DNA of 64,000 bases from Ramazzottius varieornatus (GCA_001949185.1 BDGG01000004.1:3169267-3233266), one strand, 5' to 3'; positions 40,116-53,393 are shown, numbered from the stretch's first letter. The notes: generated by a model from the sequence alone, not told the origin. Program-made: numbers and translations.

Positions 40116-42088
40116 ACGGCTCAGCCCTCAACCTACGCATCGCATAGAGATAGACATGATGGGATCGCCATTCGAGGGCAACGAAGAAACGAAGAACCGG
40201 AAGGTAGATTGGGCTTTAGAAAAATAGAAAAATCGAGAAAACCAAACAATTCAGAATGCGACGCGGTAATGCGTACCGCTTCGTCGCTCTTTGCTAGAAT
40301 TACCAAGCGATAACTCTCCGTCAGCTAAGCTGAAACTGGTGAGTCCGCCTCGTTAACCGACGCAGTAGTGAAGCAGTTATGAGAAGGCCGTGTCGCAAGA
40401 CTTGACGACGGCGTACGTACGTGACGTACGTACTTCGGTTCACTCGGTCGCTTGATTGGTTGATCGTGAGGTAACTCCAAATCGTTGCACCCGTTCCGGC
40501 CATTTGGCAAAAACGCAAAGTGTATAGCGGTTGAAATCTCCAAGCGGTTCCCATGTTCTTCATGATTCATGATCACTCATCGGATCCCGGATGACCGGAC
40601 TTATCCTCATCTTCCGGTTTGATACTTTATCTGTTCTTTGGAAGGTTCGTTATGTTCTGGTGAAAGACATGGGTAGTGAGATGCATACTTCGAGTATACC
40701 TGCTCTCGCAACTCGTGATCTTTCACCCGAAAAACGTCCATTTTGTATCTATGTGCGGCATTTTGCATTGCAGACTGGCTTCGGAACCTGGCTCTTGACT
40801 TCTGGACTGCTCAGTGGACCTCGGATGGCGCCAGAAACAAGCAACAACGGATGCGAAATCTGTGATGTTGAATCCATCAAAGTGGCTTTGAGATGCAGAT
40901 TATCGTTTAATGCATATCACAGTCATCTTTGATGGCTTCAATTTACGGTAGCAACTTCTTTGCAAGAGGGTCAAAGCGGTAAGTGAATCGATTTTCGGGC
41001 CACAGAAGCCATTCTTCCTTATCAGGTACGTTGTAAAATATATCGGTCATTCTTTGTTTTGAAATATAATCGCCACTTTGCATCCATTCGCCGTTTGCCG
41101 CATGTCTGACGAAATAGCCCGTATACCATTCGTAATTTGTACATTTTATTTTGTTTTATTCATTTTAGTTTTATTTTGTCCTTTTAGAGGAAGAACTCAG
41201 GATGTTCCTGCCTTTTTTTCCCTCTCCTCGCAGGAATTTTTTCCAAGTATTTCAACTACTATTGATGGCTACAGTTCGCTAATCAAACTTGACTTCCGTA
41301 ATTTTGAATATTCAGTAAATGAATGTTTTATTAATTATTTCCGTGCTATTATGTGCAAGGAAAGTTAGTCCTGATTCTGCCTGAATATTTAGTTCAATAA
41401 TCAGCTTTTTCTTCTTTGGTCTTTGCAGGAAGCACGTGAGCGAGGGAAGAGTGTGCTACAATTACACAATGGCTGCTCAGCGCTGTAGAGAGAAAGAGCT
41501 GCTTTCCTCAGTGCTGATAGTGGCTCACGGTAAGTTGCGTGCCGCGTGCTTGCACTACGACTTAGTCAGAAAGAGAGCCCATGTTGAACCGGTCAGCGAG
41601 TCATCTGCTTTCACAGAGCTGAAGAGAGGCCGTTGGAAATGAAACTCAACTTTGATAGAAGGTAGATAGCCACTCCGAGATGGCGTCAAGGCGTTAAGCG
41701 CAGTCACAGGGCAACTCTTGTTAGAGTACTAAAACTGTGAGAGCTAAAACTAAGCGGCAGCTGTCGAAACGAGGAAGTCTATCGCAACCGAAACCCAGAC
41801 TTGCCGAAACTCGGGTAGAAGATACAGAACTGACAAAGCAAACATCATAACGGAAGAGAGATCATCGTTAAACGGAATCAGGCGGACAGCGGCAGTCTGA
41901 AACACCTGTAGATATTTACCGGTTTGATACTGGATGGATATCTTCGACAAGATAAAGGCCCCAACAAGCATAATGTCATTTGTTAAAAAACAGTTCGCAA
42001 AATCAATTTGTCGAAGTCACAGAATTTGCTGAAATGTATCTCACGTATAAGAAAACATTTAACTAATAATATAAAGAGGAAAGTCTAT

Positions 42089-45000
42089 TTAGGCTTTGGA
42101 AGGCATGTTTTGAGCCGTCGAAGTGTTACTAAAAAATATTTTCGCGCTACTGAACAAATGAAACAGCAGGTCAAATTCTCGAGCGTAAAGATCCAGTCGC
42201 CTGGATGTTAACTTTAGGGCCTGTCGGAGCTTCTCGTCATTCTCAGCGTCACTTCGCCCATTTGGTTGTGCTTTGGCGGACTCTACCACTACAGCCTAGA
42301 AAGTAGAAAAAGCTTCAGTACACCCACTGTTCATGCCTAAGATACTATGGTTGTGAGAAATGCGGAGTGGTGCAACGTACCTGTTCTTTGCGGAACTTTT
42401 CTCTGACTGACTCGAACCAGCTCAAGGAATCAAAGAGGAGGGTTTGGTCCAACAGTGCCATTATGTAAGCCATACCCATGGCGAAACCATCGTCAGTGAA
42501 CAGTACTTCACCAGTCGAGGTTTTCTTCTGGATGCGCTCTTTACAGGTAACAGAGTGCTCGACGAAGTTCACCATCTGCAGACGAAGAACACTCATCATT
42601 ACTACAAAGATGGTTGCGGATGCTTTGCGGAAAGATAATGCCCCGTTCGTACCAGAGGCGGGATGATGATGTAGAAGTTCTGCAGATGGTGGTTCTTCTG
42701 GTTCCGAAACTCCGTCGCGAAAACGTTTAGCAAGAGCTGAAATTGAATAACAGTTTGCAGTAGTTAGCATGGTTCTGCCTGGAACTTTGAATGGCTTTAC
42801 CTTGAAGAAATCCATGCCATCCGAAGAGTTCTTGGTAGAGGAGGTGACCACTTCGTCTAGGGCTATAGCGGCGGAAAGACTGCTGGCGTAGTTGTCGTCC
42901 TTGATGAGAGCTTCGAAGTACTCAACGTTCTCCGCATCCGGAATGAAACAAAAGGCTTTGCTACTGCGATGAAGTCCTCCAGACCGAACCATCCTTACGA
43001 AACCCATTGCATTACCTGGAAGAACACGGCAGTGTCACCACACACGTTTCTCACATTGGAAATGGCCCATGATAGTTCCAACAATATAGAAGGTCTCACT
43101 TCGTTCCACTTACCGATCTGGGTAATCATGGTCCGTAATTGGTCGAGTTTCGTCTGCCCATCGGCAGTAACTCCGAGTGCTCGGATTCCCTTGTTGAACT
43201 TCTCGGCTTTTTCGAATGGATATCGTGCAAAAGAGTCATTCTGCTTGGCTTCCTTGAACAACCGGATATCCTTCACCAGTCTGGACTTTATCTGCTCATC
43301 AAACATGAACTGCGAGAACAGATTGAATCTCTTCCTGAGAAACTGGTACGTCTGATTGATCGTCGTATTCACCACCCCGATGCCATGAGTCCGTAGACTG
43401 TTGGCTATATGGCGAATACCGATCGTGTTCAGGTACTTGTTGTTACTGGTCCGTTCGACGAAGACCTGGTTGTTCAAGTTGTACGCATATGCGGAGACGA
43501 ACATTCCGATGTTCCTCATAATCTCTAGTATGTCTGCGCCTTGCTCTAACGTCTGACATGGAAGGTGCGCTTGCAAGACGTTGAGTCCGTACAAGTGACT
43601 GGCTAAGCTGCGCATTTCGTCGTAAGTTTTCCAGTCGTGGAGCGCCACTGTGGTGAGGTCGTAGAAGGTACGATCGAGGTACCGCTCGAGGTGCTTCCTA
43701 ATGTCGATAAAGGTATCGAAAAACTTGAATGGTGCCTGTGATATCAGGTGCCTCAAGTCTTCGTTTTGTTTCTCGGGAAGACTGCGCTCTGTTATGGATA
43801 AATGGGAGTGAACGAGTAGGCGAAGCGAAGTCTCGACGTCTTTGCAGAGTGGACGGAGTATGCATGTTTCAAGTTCTTCCATGATCTCGTCTTGGTATTT
43901 CTTCACCTGCGAGTAACACGACAAACATAAGTTCAACATCCAGTTCAGAAGTTCTGTCATACAGTCTACTAACCAGAACTTGGCTGTCCTCGTGTCGGGC
44001 TGTTCGGAAAGACGACGCACCCAGTTCCAATGCGGCGAGCAAAGAGGGAAGCTTTGTCGCTTGAACCGGGTTCTGGTAGACGCTCTCAAGGTACGGTCGA
44101 AGAATGCGCCGATTCCAGTAAAAGATGGAAGTGTCGAAGGCAGTGTCGAATGACTGTTGGAGCCATCTTATTTCCTTAAGAATTGCGAAATGGTGTGCAA
44201 CAGGTGCCAACTGGTCGGCAGGGAACTTCTTAGCGGCCATGCATATCCCGAGGCACAGTCGAGCGACGATCATTCGGTCCTCCGACAGAGGCCCGGTGGA
44301 CAGAACCTGCCGAAAGATTCTGAGGGACGTTAGAGCGTCCAGCTGGTAGAGCATGGCCGAACTTCCTCGTTTCTCGTCGGTAGTCAGGCGCTTCTCGATA
44401 CTCTGGCACGCACTCTGCAAACAGAAACGAGCTCACTTTGCTTCACGCAGGATTTATTTCGAAAGGCAACTTCTTCTGACAGCTTACTTGAAACCGAGAG
44501 ACGATGGAGGATACAACTCGATGGGTTACTTGACAGACGAACAAGGCATGTCTATTCAAAGCTTCCCAGTTCACCATCAATATTTCCAGCAGCTCTCCCA
44601 GTTGCATCACAGTGGCTTTGCTAATAGGTTTGAGCAACACAGAATGGAAGTGGAATATCTGGACAATCGTGTCTTGGGTTTTACGGGCCAGCCGCAGACC
44701 CAGTCGAAGGAACTCTACCATATTGTCACCGACTTCCGGTTCAGCTTCGCTCGATATTTCTTCGAGCCTCGCGACCCAACTGTTCACGTCCGTTCTCAAC
44801 ACCACGGTATCCCTTTGAAGTCCTGTCAACCGCGCCTGTATCAACGGTACGATACTTCAAATTCTTCAGCGAATTCGGAATTAAATTCTATGCGGTGAAA
44901 GATACTCGTATAACTACTTTACCTGCAAGATACCTTCTTTGGCCACGTGGATTATCTGCAGCTGCTTCTTATCCACCTGCTTGGATCCGTCCGGAATAAG

Positions 45001-46252
45001 CGCCAAAATTGTGTCGGCGGGAGCGACGGCAATGTTTCTCCACACGGGAACGATGGGATGCATCTTGCAAAGGTCCAGGAAGTTTCGAAGTAGTCTCTTG
45101 TCGACGGTACGAGAGAGGGCGGTGTGGAGGACGAGAAGTCCGCCAGTCCCGAGGAGTCGCAGTCCATTCTTGGCTGCGTCCGGCGTCTGACCGTTTTCTG
45201 TGCCTATCACAAGAAAAAAGTTGTTCTTACATCTATCCTAGTCTTCCGCTATCATGCTTGACATTAAATTACAGCGATAGCGTAACAGATATATTACCTG
45301 CGGTATGGAGGAACGAAGTGAGATGTACGACTATCTTTTTCCCGATTGCGCGACTACTGAGAGTGTCCAGGCAATCGGGAAAGATTCGCCCAGCGAAGAT
45401 CTCTTTATCGATCTCTCCAAGGAATGTGCTGAGCTCTTGCAGCTCTACTCTCGCGAACTGCAGTCTGTTTAACAACCCCGCATTCTGAAGGCCTCCATCG
45501 ACGGAGCTTCTGTACGATATCCAGTGGTCACGAAGTACATTGTTCGCTTTGGTAACCACATCCAGCGCGATAAGACAGGAAAGGAGTTCGGAAAGACTAG
45601 CTAAAGCATATGGTACAATACCACTGGCAGATTCGGAATGCTCTACAAGGGCGTCGAGCTGCTTGATAAATACGTCGATCACCTCCTTGCATCTTGCTTT
45701 GTAAGTAACCAACTCTTGAAGGAACGAAACGAACTTGCCGGTCGAGACAGCTGGTGCCACTTCGACGAAGTCCTCGGAATAGAGCAAAACGGGATCGAGA
45801 AAGCGTATCTTGGCTTCCCCTGATAAGGCCTTAACTTCGGAAACGAGCACAGAGACACCGACGACGATCTTCCCGAAAGCTTCGTTTTCCGTTCGGACGT
45901 AGTCACCGATGGCAGCTGTTTCGTGGCACTGTACCTAAAACGCGAAAGGTGTTCCTCACGCCATAGGAATGTCAGGCTTTTGCCGCAAGGAATGACACTT
46001 ACTTCCACTTGAAGCGGCGCACTTCCGGTGACTCCCGAACTAGATGATGCACTCACCAGGAAACGCTGTTGAATAATGTTCGTTAGATCTGCTGTCCTCT
46101 TCAAGACCAGTTTCTGAGAAGTCCCTGTAAAAAAAGAGGTATGGGTATAGTAGGCGTACCCCTGCAGAAACTAGGACCCACGTACGTTTAACGTATATAC
46201 TGTATATATACGCGAAGGAAGGAAGACACTTACCACACGTGTCCGCGTTCAT
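42089..46252 (-). CDS. WASHC4: WASH complex subunit 4 (SWIP/KIAA1033)
   Basis: [100 protein letters not shown]. Start MNADTCG inferred at 46252. Confidence 0.96.
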
Positions 46253-46848
46253 CGTCACCCACACAGGATAAGTTTAGCGGATACGGAAGATTCCTTCACC
46301 ATCCCGTTCCGACGATTCTTCTCAAGTTCTTTTTAGTCTCAAGTCATCCTAAGCTGGACGAAGACAAACCCTTCAATACAACAGCATGGTCTAGTTTCCA
46401 CTATTCTAGCAGAGGTTCCCGTGTGTGACTGCTGAATGCATGGTAATTGTGTTAAATCAACAAAGAAAATCAAGATGACTCAAATCGATACACTGCTTGC
46501 TTGTGGTCAAAGTGTTCCGGTTTCTATTCCCCGAGCCCAAACTTGTCGCTTCTGCGCAGAATGCCAAGTGGCAACGGAAAATAGAAACGCGGGTTTCCTT
46601 CACGGAGAGCGCTGTGTCACCTGCTCATCTGCCATCCTCATCTTCATTTTCTCGCCCACGAGTCTACAGAAACGTCGGAAGCTCCTGTCTCCGTGTTTTG
46701 TTCCTCGACCTTCTTTTCTAGCTAGCACTAGCAGTCCATCACGACGGAGCACATTTGTCCTATAATCGCGTGTGAGGTTGGATATCTCGTAGCGCGACGG
46801 AAGCGGACGTGTTTATGTTGGGAATCTAAATAGGATCATCGCAGCACA

Positions 46849-49800
46849 ATGCCAAACGTCAGGGGAGATGGCATGCGTGGACTGGCAGTTTTCATTTCGG
46901 ACATAAGAAACTGTAAGTACAGTGGACACATCGTGGCGCATTGCTGTGAAACCTCCGTGTACACTGGATTGTTTTTATTCTAGGTAAGAGCAAGGAAGCG
47001 GAAGTCAAGCGCATCAATAAAGAACTTGCTAACATTAGGTCTAAATTCAAAGGTACTGTGAAATATACGGCTACGAAGCTATCAATGTTTCTTATCTACT
47101 GAGGGGGCTGTTATTTTGTTAGGCTGACTTGTTTGTGCTTCGTAGGAGACAAAACGTTAGATGGATACCAGAAGAAGAAATACGTATGCAAGCTGCTCTT
47201 CATCTTCCTGTTGGGCCACGACATTGATTTCGGGCACATGGAAGCGGTCAACCTGCTCAGCTCGAACAAATACAGCGAGAAGCAAGTGGTATGTGATATT
47301 GGCATCGATAGTTCTTCCAACTACATATGACTATTCTGACAAAATTTCTTGTTTAGGGATACCTTTTCATTTCTGTCCTGATCAGTGCTGACAGCGAGCT
47401 GATGCGCTTGATCATCCAGTCGATCAAGACCGACTTGGCCAGCCGAAATCCTATCTTTGTCAATCTCGCTCTTCAATGCATCGCTAATATCGGTAGCAAA
47501 GAAATGGCCGAAGCATTCCAGCAAGATATTCCTCGGCTACTGGTTTCCGGGTAGGTCTCGCAGTCGCAGCAGCATGGTATGTGGTTAGCCTAGATCGATA
47601 ACATAACTCTGATTTTTGCGTGTTTTTTGTTGTAGAGATGCTATCGATCTGGTAAAACAGAGCGCGGCGCTTTGCTTGCTTCGTCTTCTCCGAGCAGCAC
47701 CGGACATCGCTCCAAGCGGAGAATGGACTTCCCGGATTGTCCATCTTTTGAATGACCAAAACATGGGAGTCGTGACTGCGGCTTGCAGTCTTATTGAAGC
47801 GCTGGTGAAGAAAAACCCCGCAGAGTATAAAGCTTGTGTGTCGCTCGCGGTTTCGCGCTTGAGCAGGGTACGAGCGAAACCTTTCTACCTCCATCAAGTA
47901 AGATTCTAAAATGTTCATCAGCTCATCAGTTGGGTTTTTGTGTTGTAGATTGTTAGTTCGCCATATAACGATCTACAGGACTACACGTATTACTTCGTTC
48001 CCGCGCCCTGGCTTTCCGTGAAGCTACTGCGGCTCTTGGAGAACTATCCGCCTTCAGGTACGTTCTGTTTTGCGAGATTTCTTAGTTTTTCCAGCGCGGC
48101 AGTCAGAGAGACCAGCTTTCTTTGCAGATGACGCCGGTGTGCGGTCACGGTTGAACGAATGCTTGGAGTCCATCTTCACCAAAGTATCGGAGCCTCCCAA
48201 GTCAAAGAAAGTTCAGCATTCCAACGCGAAGAACGCTGTTCTGTTCGAAGCGATCAGTCTCATCATACATATGGACAGGTACTCGACGTCTGTCCATAAG
48301 TACTCACTAGATGGGATAAGGCACGGGCTCTTCATAAACGCTGCTTGTTTCTTCAGTGATCCCGCTTTGCTGATACGAGCGTGTAGTCAACTTGGTCAGT
48401 TTTTGCAACATCGCGAGACGAATATGAGGTAACTTCCGGACGGACAACTTTCACATACTCGGTAATGTTTTCTGGTTCGATTTTGAAATGGAACTCCCGT
48501 CTTGTAGGTACCTCGCTTTGGAATGCATGTGTCTTCTTGCGACAAGTGAAATTTCACATGACGCGGTGAAGAAGCATCAAGAAACTGTCGTTAATGCATT
48601 GAAGGTACGGTGATTTTGCTTAATCAATGTGAGTACATGCACTTTAAAGATGACTGCAAGTAATTAAGCTGTGTTCCTTTGATTACAGACGGAAAGAGAT
48701 GTCAGTGTTCGCCAGCGAGCAATCGACTTACTGTACGCTATGTGCGACAAGAGCAACGCGGAAGAGATCGTGCAGGAAATGCTGGCGTACTTAGAGTCCG
48801 CGGACTATTCGATCCGGGAAGAAATGGTCCTGAAGATCGCTATCTTGGCAGAAAAGTACGCCAGTGACTACTCTTGGTACGTCGACGTCATCCTCAACTT
48901 GATCCGGATAGCTGGAGACTACGTTAGCGAAGAGGTAACCGACCTCGAATCACTCATGTTACTCTGCTGTAAGAAGTTGATGTGGGACCTTGCACTAAAA
49001 GAGTTCTCCTCGATAGGTGTGGTACCGAGTCATCCAGATAGTCATTAACAGAGACGACGTTCAGGGATACGCCGCAAAGACCGTCTTTGAGGCTCTCCAA
49101 GCTCCCGCATGCCATGAAAATATGGTCAAGGTTGGAGGATATATCTTGGGTGAATTTGGTAACCTAATTGCTGGAGACCCACGCTCGAGGTAAGACGCAC
49201 TTCCAGCCCGAGCAGCAACGACTTTCTACCTTCGCATTCTAGTGATTGCTCGCATTACTTCACATCAAATATCTTGTTGTAGTTCGCAAGTACAGTTCGA
49301 CTTGCTGTATTCCAAGTACCCGTTGTGCAGCGTGAACACTCGCTGCCTACTGTTGTCCACCTTCATGAAGTTCATCAACTTGTTCCCAGAAATCAAAACT
49401 ACGATCCAAGATGTGAGCTCTCCAGAGGTTCTTCGTGTTCAACTTGCTAGCTGGCAATCTGTTATCTCTTTTCTTTAGATGCTGCAAAATGACACTAATA
49501 TACGCAATGCAGATGCCGAGCTCCAGCAGCGAACGGTGGAGTACCTGCAACTCAGTAACATCGCTTCGGCCGACATTCTCGCTACAGTCCTCGAAGAGAT
49601 GCCGGCCTTCCCCGAGAGAGAATCCAGCATCCTAGCCAAACTGAAAAAGAAGAAAGAATTACCGGATAACGTTGAGAGCCCGAGCAAAGAACATCGTCAT
49701 CTTCCCCAAGCTATCGTTAACAGCGCTGACGGCGCTTCGGTTGGTCTTTAGAGCCACTTCATGCAGTCACACCTTGACGTCTTACATCGACTTTATTTTC

Positions 49801-50969
49801 AGTCGCCCGAGCGGAATGGGGGGCCTTCAAACTACGGGTCAGCTTCGATGGATCTTCTCGGCCTAAACTCGCCGACGAACGATGGAATGGCGAGCACGAA
49901 CAACGGCATCAATAGCAACGGATACGCTCCTCAGCCACAAGCACCCGCTTCCGACATGTCCGCTCTCTTTGACGTGTTCGGTTCGCCGACACAGCCTAAC
50001 GGTGGTGACTTCGGCAACAGCGCTTCTTCCCCTCCTGGGCAGAAGAGCGGCGTCCAGCTCGTCAGCGAATCAAACATCAAAAAGTAAGAAACTTCCGGTT
50101 TGTGCGAATTTGCGCAAAGTATTCTTGGTCAAGGCAGCTTTTTTTTAATAGGTTTCTTTTCCGCAATTCTGGTATCGTTTTCGAAAACGAAGCCATTCAG
50201 ATTGGCGTAAAATCACAGTTCACTCCGACGCAGGCCATCGGTCAGATTGAGCTCTACTATGGCAATAAGAGCACAATGCCGCTGACCAACTTCACTGTGC
50301 AAGTTCACAACACCGAGCCCAACGCTCTTCTCATCCAAGCACAGGACATTGGACCCGTTATCCAGATCAGCGCACAAGTCAAGCAGCAGTTCAACCTGAG
50401 ATGCGTCACTGTTTTCTCACAAACTCCGACTGTGCGGATATCCTTCTCGTAAGTCATCTTCAGTGCTTGCGGGAAGTATTATTCTGCTGATTTATGGTTC
50501 TTCGGTTTTATAGGATGAATAACTTCCCGATGACGATCGAAGCTCCCATCCCGGTCTTCATCAACAAGTTTCTGGAAGGAGCTGCGATGGATGGCGAAAC
50601 TTTCTTTGCCAGATGGAAGAAGCTGAGTTTACCTGCTCAGGAAGCTCAAGAGCAGTTCTTCGCGAAGTACCCTATCGATGCAGCCAGTACCCAAGAAAAG
50701 GTACGCAATATGCAGAGTTAATTACAGTTGTTTACTCTACAATTTCTTGTTTGCAGTTGACATCGATTGGTTTCGCCGTGTTACCTAACATCGATCCCAA
50801 CCCCGAGAACTTCGTTGCCGCCGGTATCATTTACACAGGCAGCACTCAAGTAGGCTGTCTCCTTAGACTGGAACCAAGACGGCAGGACTCAAAGTACCGG
50901 CTGACTGTACGCACCAGCAATGAAGGAGTCTCGAAAAGACTAGCATCTCTTCTGAAAGATGAGTTCTGA
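46849..50969 (+). CDS. AP2A: AP-2 complex subunit alpha (alpha-adaptin); multi-exon
   Basis: [61 protein letters not shown], hinge and appendage ([14 protein letters not shown]…CLLRLEP). Confidence 0.98.
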
Positions 50970-51339
50970 CGGAAATACAATGTTCAGGCTTGGCTGATCC
51001 CTCAAATACATTCATTCCTTGATCACCGTTACGTGCTTGCTTTTGATTCGTGTTTTACAATTTATCAGATTTATTCCTTCCGATATTCAGTCCATGTACA
51101 GCGCTGCGTACTGTACGTTCATCGTAAGTTAGAGTTTCTGTTCATAGCTCGTGATCATTCATGTTTCATTTTAATAACAATTCGGCATATTGTATTGAAC
51201 GATCCTGTAATAGTGTCCAGTTTATCTGGCAGAAGTCTGAAAACTGCAAAAAATGCAAATGGAAACAAGTGAAAAGAGCGACTGTCACTGTATCTCTATA
51301 GCCCAAATAATGTAATGCGGGAAACTCGAGCGAAGAGTT

Positions 51340-51379
51340 ATGGAAGAAACATCGATTCGAAAATGGAAGAAACATCGAT
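51340..51379. repeat. 17-bp direct repeat (ATGGAAGAAACATCGAT x2)
   Basis: Two exact copies separated by 6 nt, between the convergent AP2A and TRA2 3' ends. Confidence 0.8.
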
Positions 51380-51592
51380 GAAAGTTATGTAATCTATGAA
51401 CGATCCATCCAATGTGCTTTCCATGTTTTTGGTACTTATCAACTCATTCGTAACTTCGTTAGACTTTTTTTGCCGCTAAAAGGGGTTCTCAATCTCTTTT
51501 GATCCTGCAATGAAAAACCTTCTTTATGACTCTCATTCGACACACGTAGCTACTAGCTACCGCCTCAAAATCGTATTGTTTCTCGAGCACCT

Positions 51593-53393
51593 TTAAGAAT
51601 GGCGACGACGATCGCGAGATCGGGAACGAGATCGGGAGCGACGAGCCGGAGACAGAATGGTCATTGCCGAGCTACGTTGTGTCAAGCTGTAATCCACACG
51701 AATACGGCGTTCATCCAGAAGGGAACCGTTCATACTCTCGCGAGCCTGAAAGAAAATTTGGAAGTACAAGTCAAATGCAATTATACGACAATCACAAACG
51801 AGACCACTGCAATCGCATACCTCTTCGGCATCTTTCAAATCGGTGAAGTAGACGAAGGCAAATCCACGAGACCTTCCAGTCTAAATAAACCTTCGCGCTT
51901 TGAAGACAACGGAAGACAAACGCATACTTCATCTGAATGAAAAGAAACTTACGCGATGATCGTGAATTAGTTGGATATTACTGAGAGGCCCGAACTTCTG
52001 GAACTCATGTCGAATGTCTATGAATCCATACATAACGTGAGCGGAGAGTTTAAGCGGAAACAGGCAGATGTACATACCTTTCTCACGAGTCTGCGTACTC
52101 AAGCCAAAAACTCCAAGGCAGCGGCTGGGTTGAGGATTGTCCTACAAGAGGGTTCCCTTGAAGTGGACATTCACTCATCTTCTTCGGGGATTTCATTTCA
52201 TTTCTTCATTTTCATGTCAGGTAACATTTCATTTCATTGGAAACTGTCATTCATTCATTTCATTCCCGTACTCTTTCTGATCGGCGTGCGAAACGTCCAC
52301 CTCCGCCACCACCTCCGCCCGAACGACGCGGTGATGGGCGTCGAGCAGGAGAGCGACGCGGTGATCGGCTTCGGCGCCCATTTCTGTTGCGATCATCGGA
52401 ACTCTCTCTGCGATGACCACGGCTCCTGGAACTAAACAACGAACGGATTATGTCTTTTTCCTGTCCGCGAAGGATTGCCCGTTGCTATCAACCTACCGGC
52501 TTCTGGACCGTCGAGGCGACTCCCTCGAACTGTAACGATACAGATCGCCTTAGATTAGCGCATCATGCTAACGACATCGCTTTTTGCGTTAGTTCGGACT
52601 ACTGCTGACTTATGGCGGATGTCTTGGAAAGGATGCTTACTGTCTTCTTCGACTTCGTCGTTTGGGAGAGCGAGACCGCGACCGAGATCGAGTGCGCTCA
52701 CGTTTCCGCGGCGACGGTGAGCTTCCGCGATAACGCTGCTGAGAGCGACGGGGGCTAACACTCCTAGTATGAAAATCGTAAGACCATAGTTGCGATCAGA
52801 CAATCAACGGGAAAACTACGTAGGGAAAAATGAGCGGAGTGACTCGTGAGATACCTTACCTACTAGATAACTACACAAGGAAAATCAACAGCCTGAATCA
52901 CACGTTCTCACCTGGTGACAGGCTCTTTCATCACATCGTTTTCGATCCGTCGTCTGGAACCATCGCTTCGATCTGACTGAGGAGTAGCCGAACGTCCACT
53001 AGGAGAACTTGTGTAGCGGCCAGACTTTTTACCGTTCTCCTCTTCTGAAGCATGCCCGTTTACATCGCTTCTGCGTCGTCGCGACTCACGCTCGTCATCC
53101 GCCTAAATCAAACAGGAGATATAAACCTGCCATTACTCACTTAGATATCGACTCTTTAAAACTGATGACTGATGACACGCCGCTAAGAATTACAGAAGTC
53201 GTCACAGTACGCGTGGAGTTTACGGGTGTGATGACGCATACAACATACGCTTAACGCGACGTCATCTCATGAAGTTCATGAAGCATTACAGTAATAGATT
53301 AGCTTGTTAGTGCGCAGCGGGAAAATTCTAGAATCTGAACGGTGAAGCCGTTTCGACCACTAACATTACCTCTCCGAAGCTGCGATCTCCCAT
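51593..53393 (-). CDS. TRA2: Transformer-2 homolog (RS1-RRM-RS2); about 9 coding exons plus an upstream non-coding exon
   Basis: Start exon MGDRSFGE| (ATG 53393), RS-rich exons, RRM DNPQPSRCLGVFGLS…TGRSRGFAFVYF…LDERRIRVDYSLTQR, short RS tail and TAA at 51593-51595. All junctions are GT-AG and in phase. Confidence 0.93.

Noticed and set aside
52856-52870. 15-nt in-frame microexon candidate in TRA2
   Set aside because: It needs a 41-nt upstream intron, probably too short.
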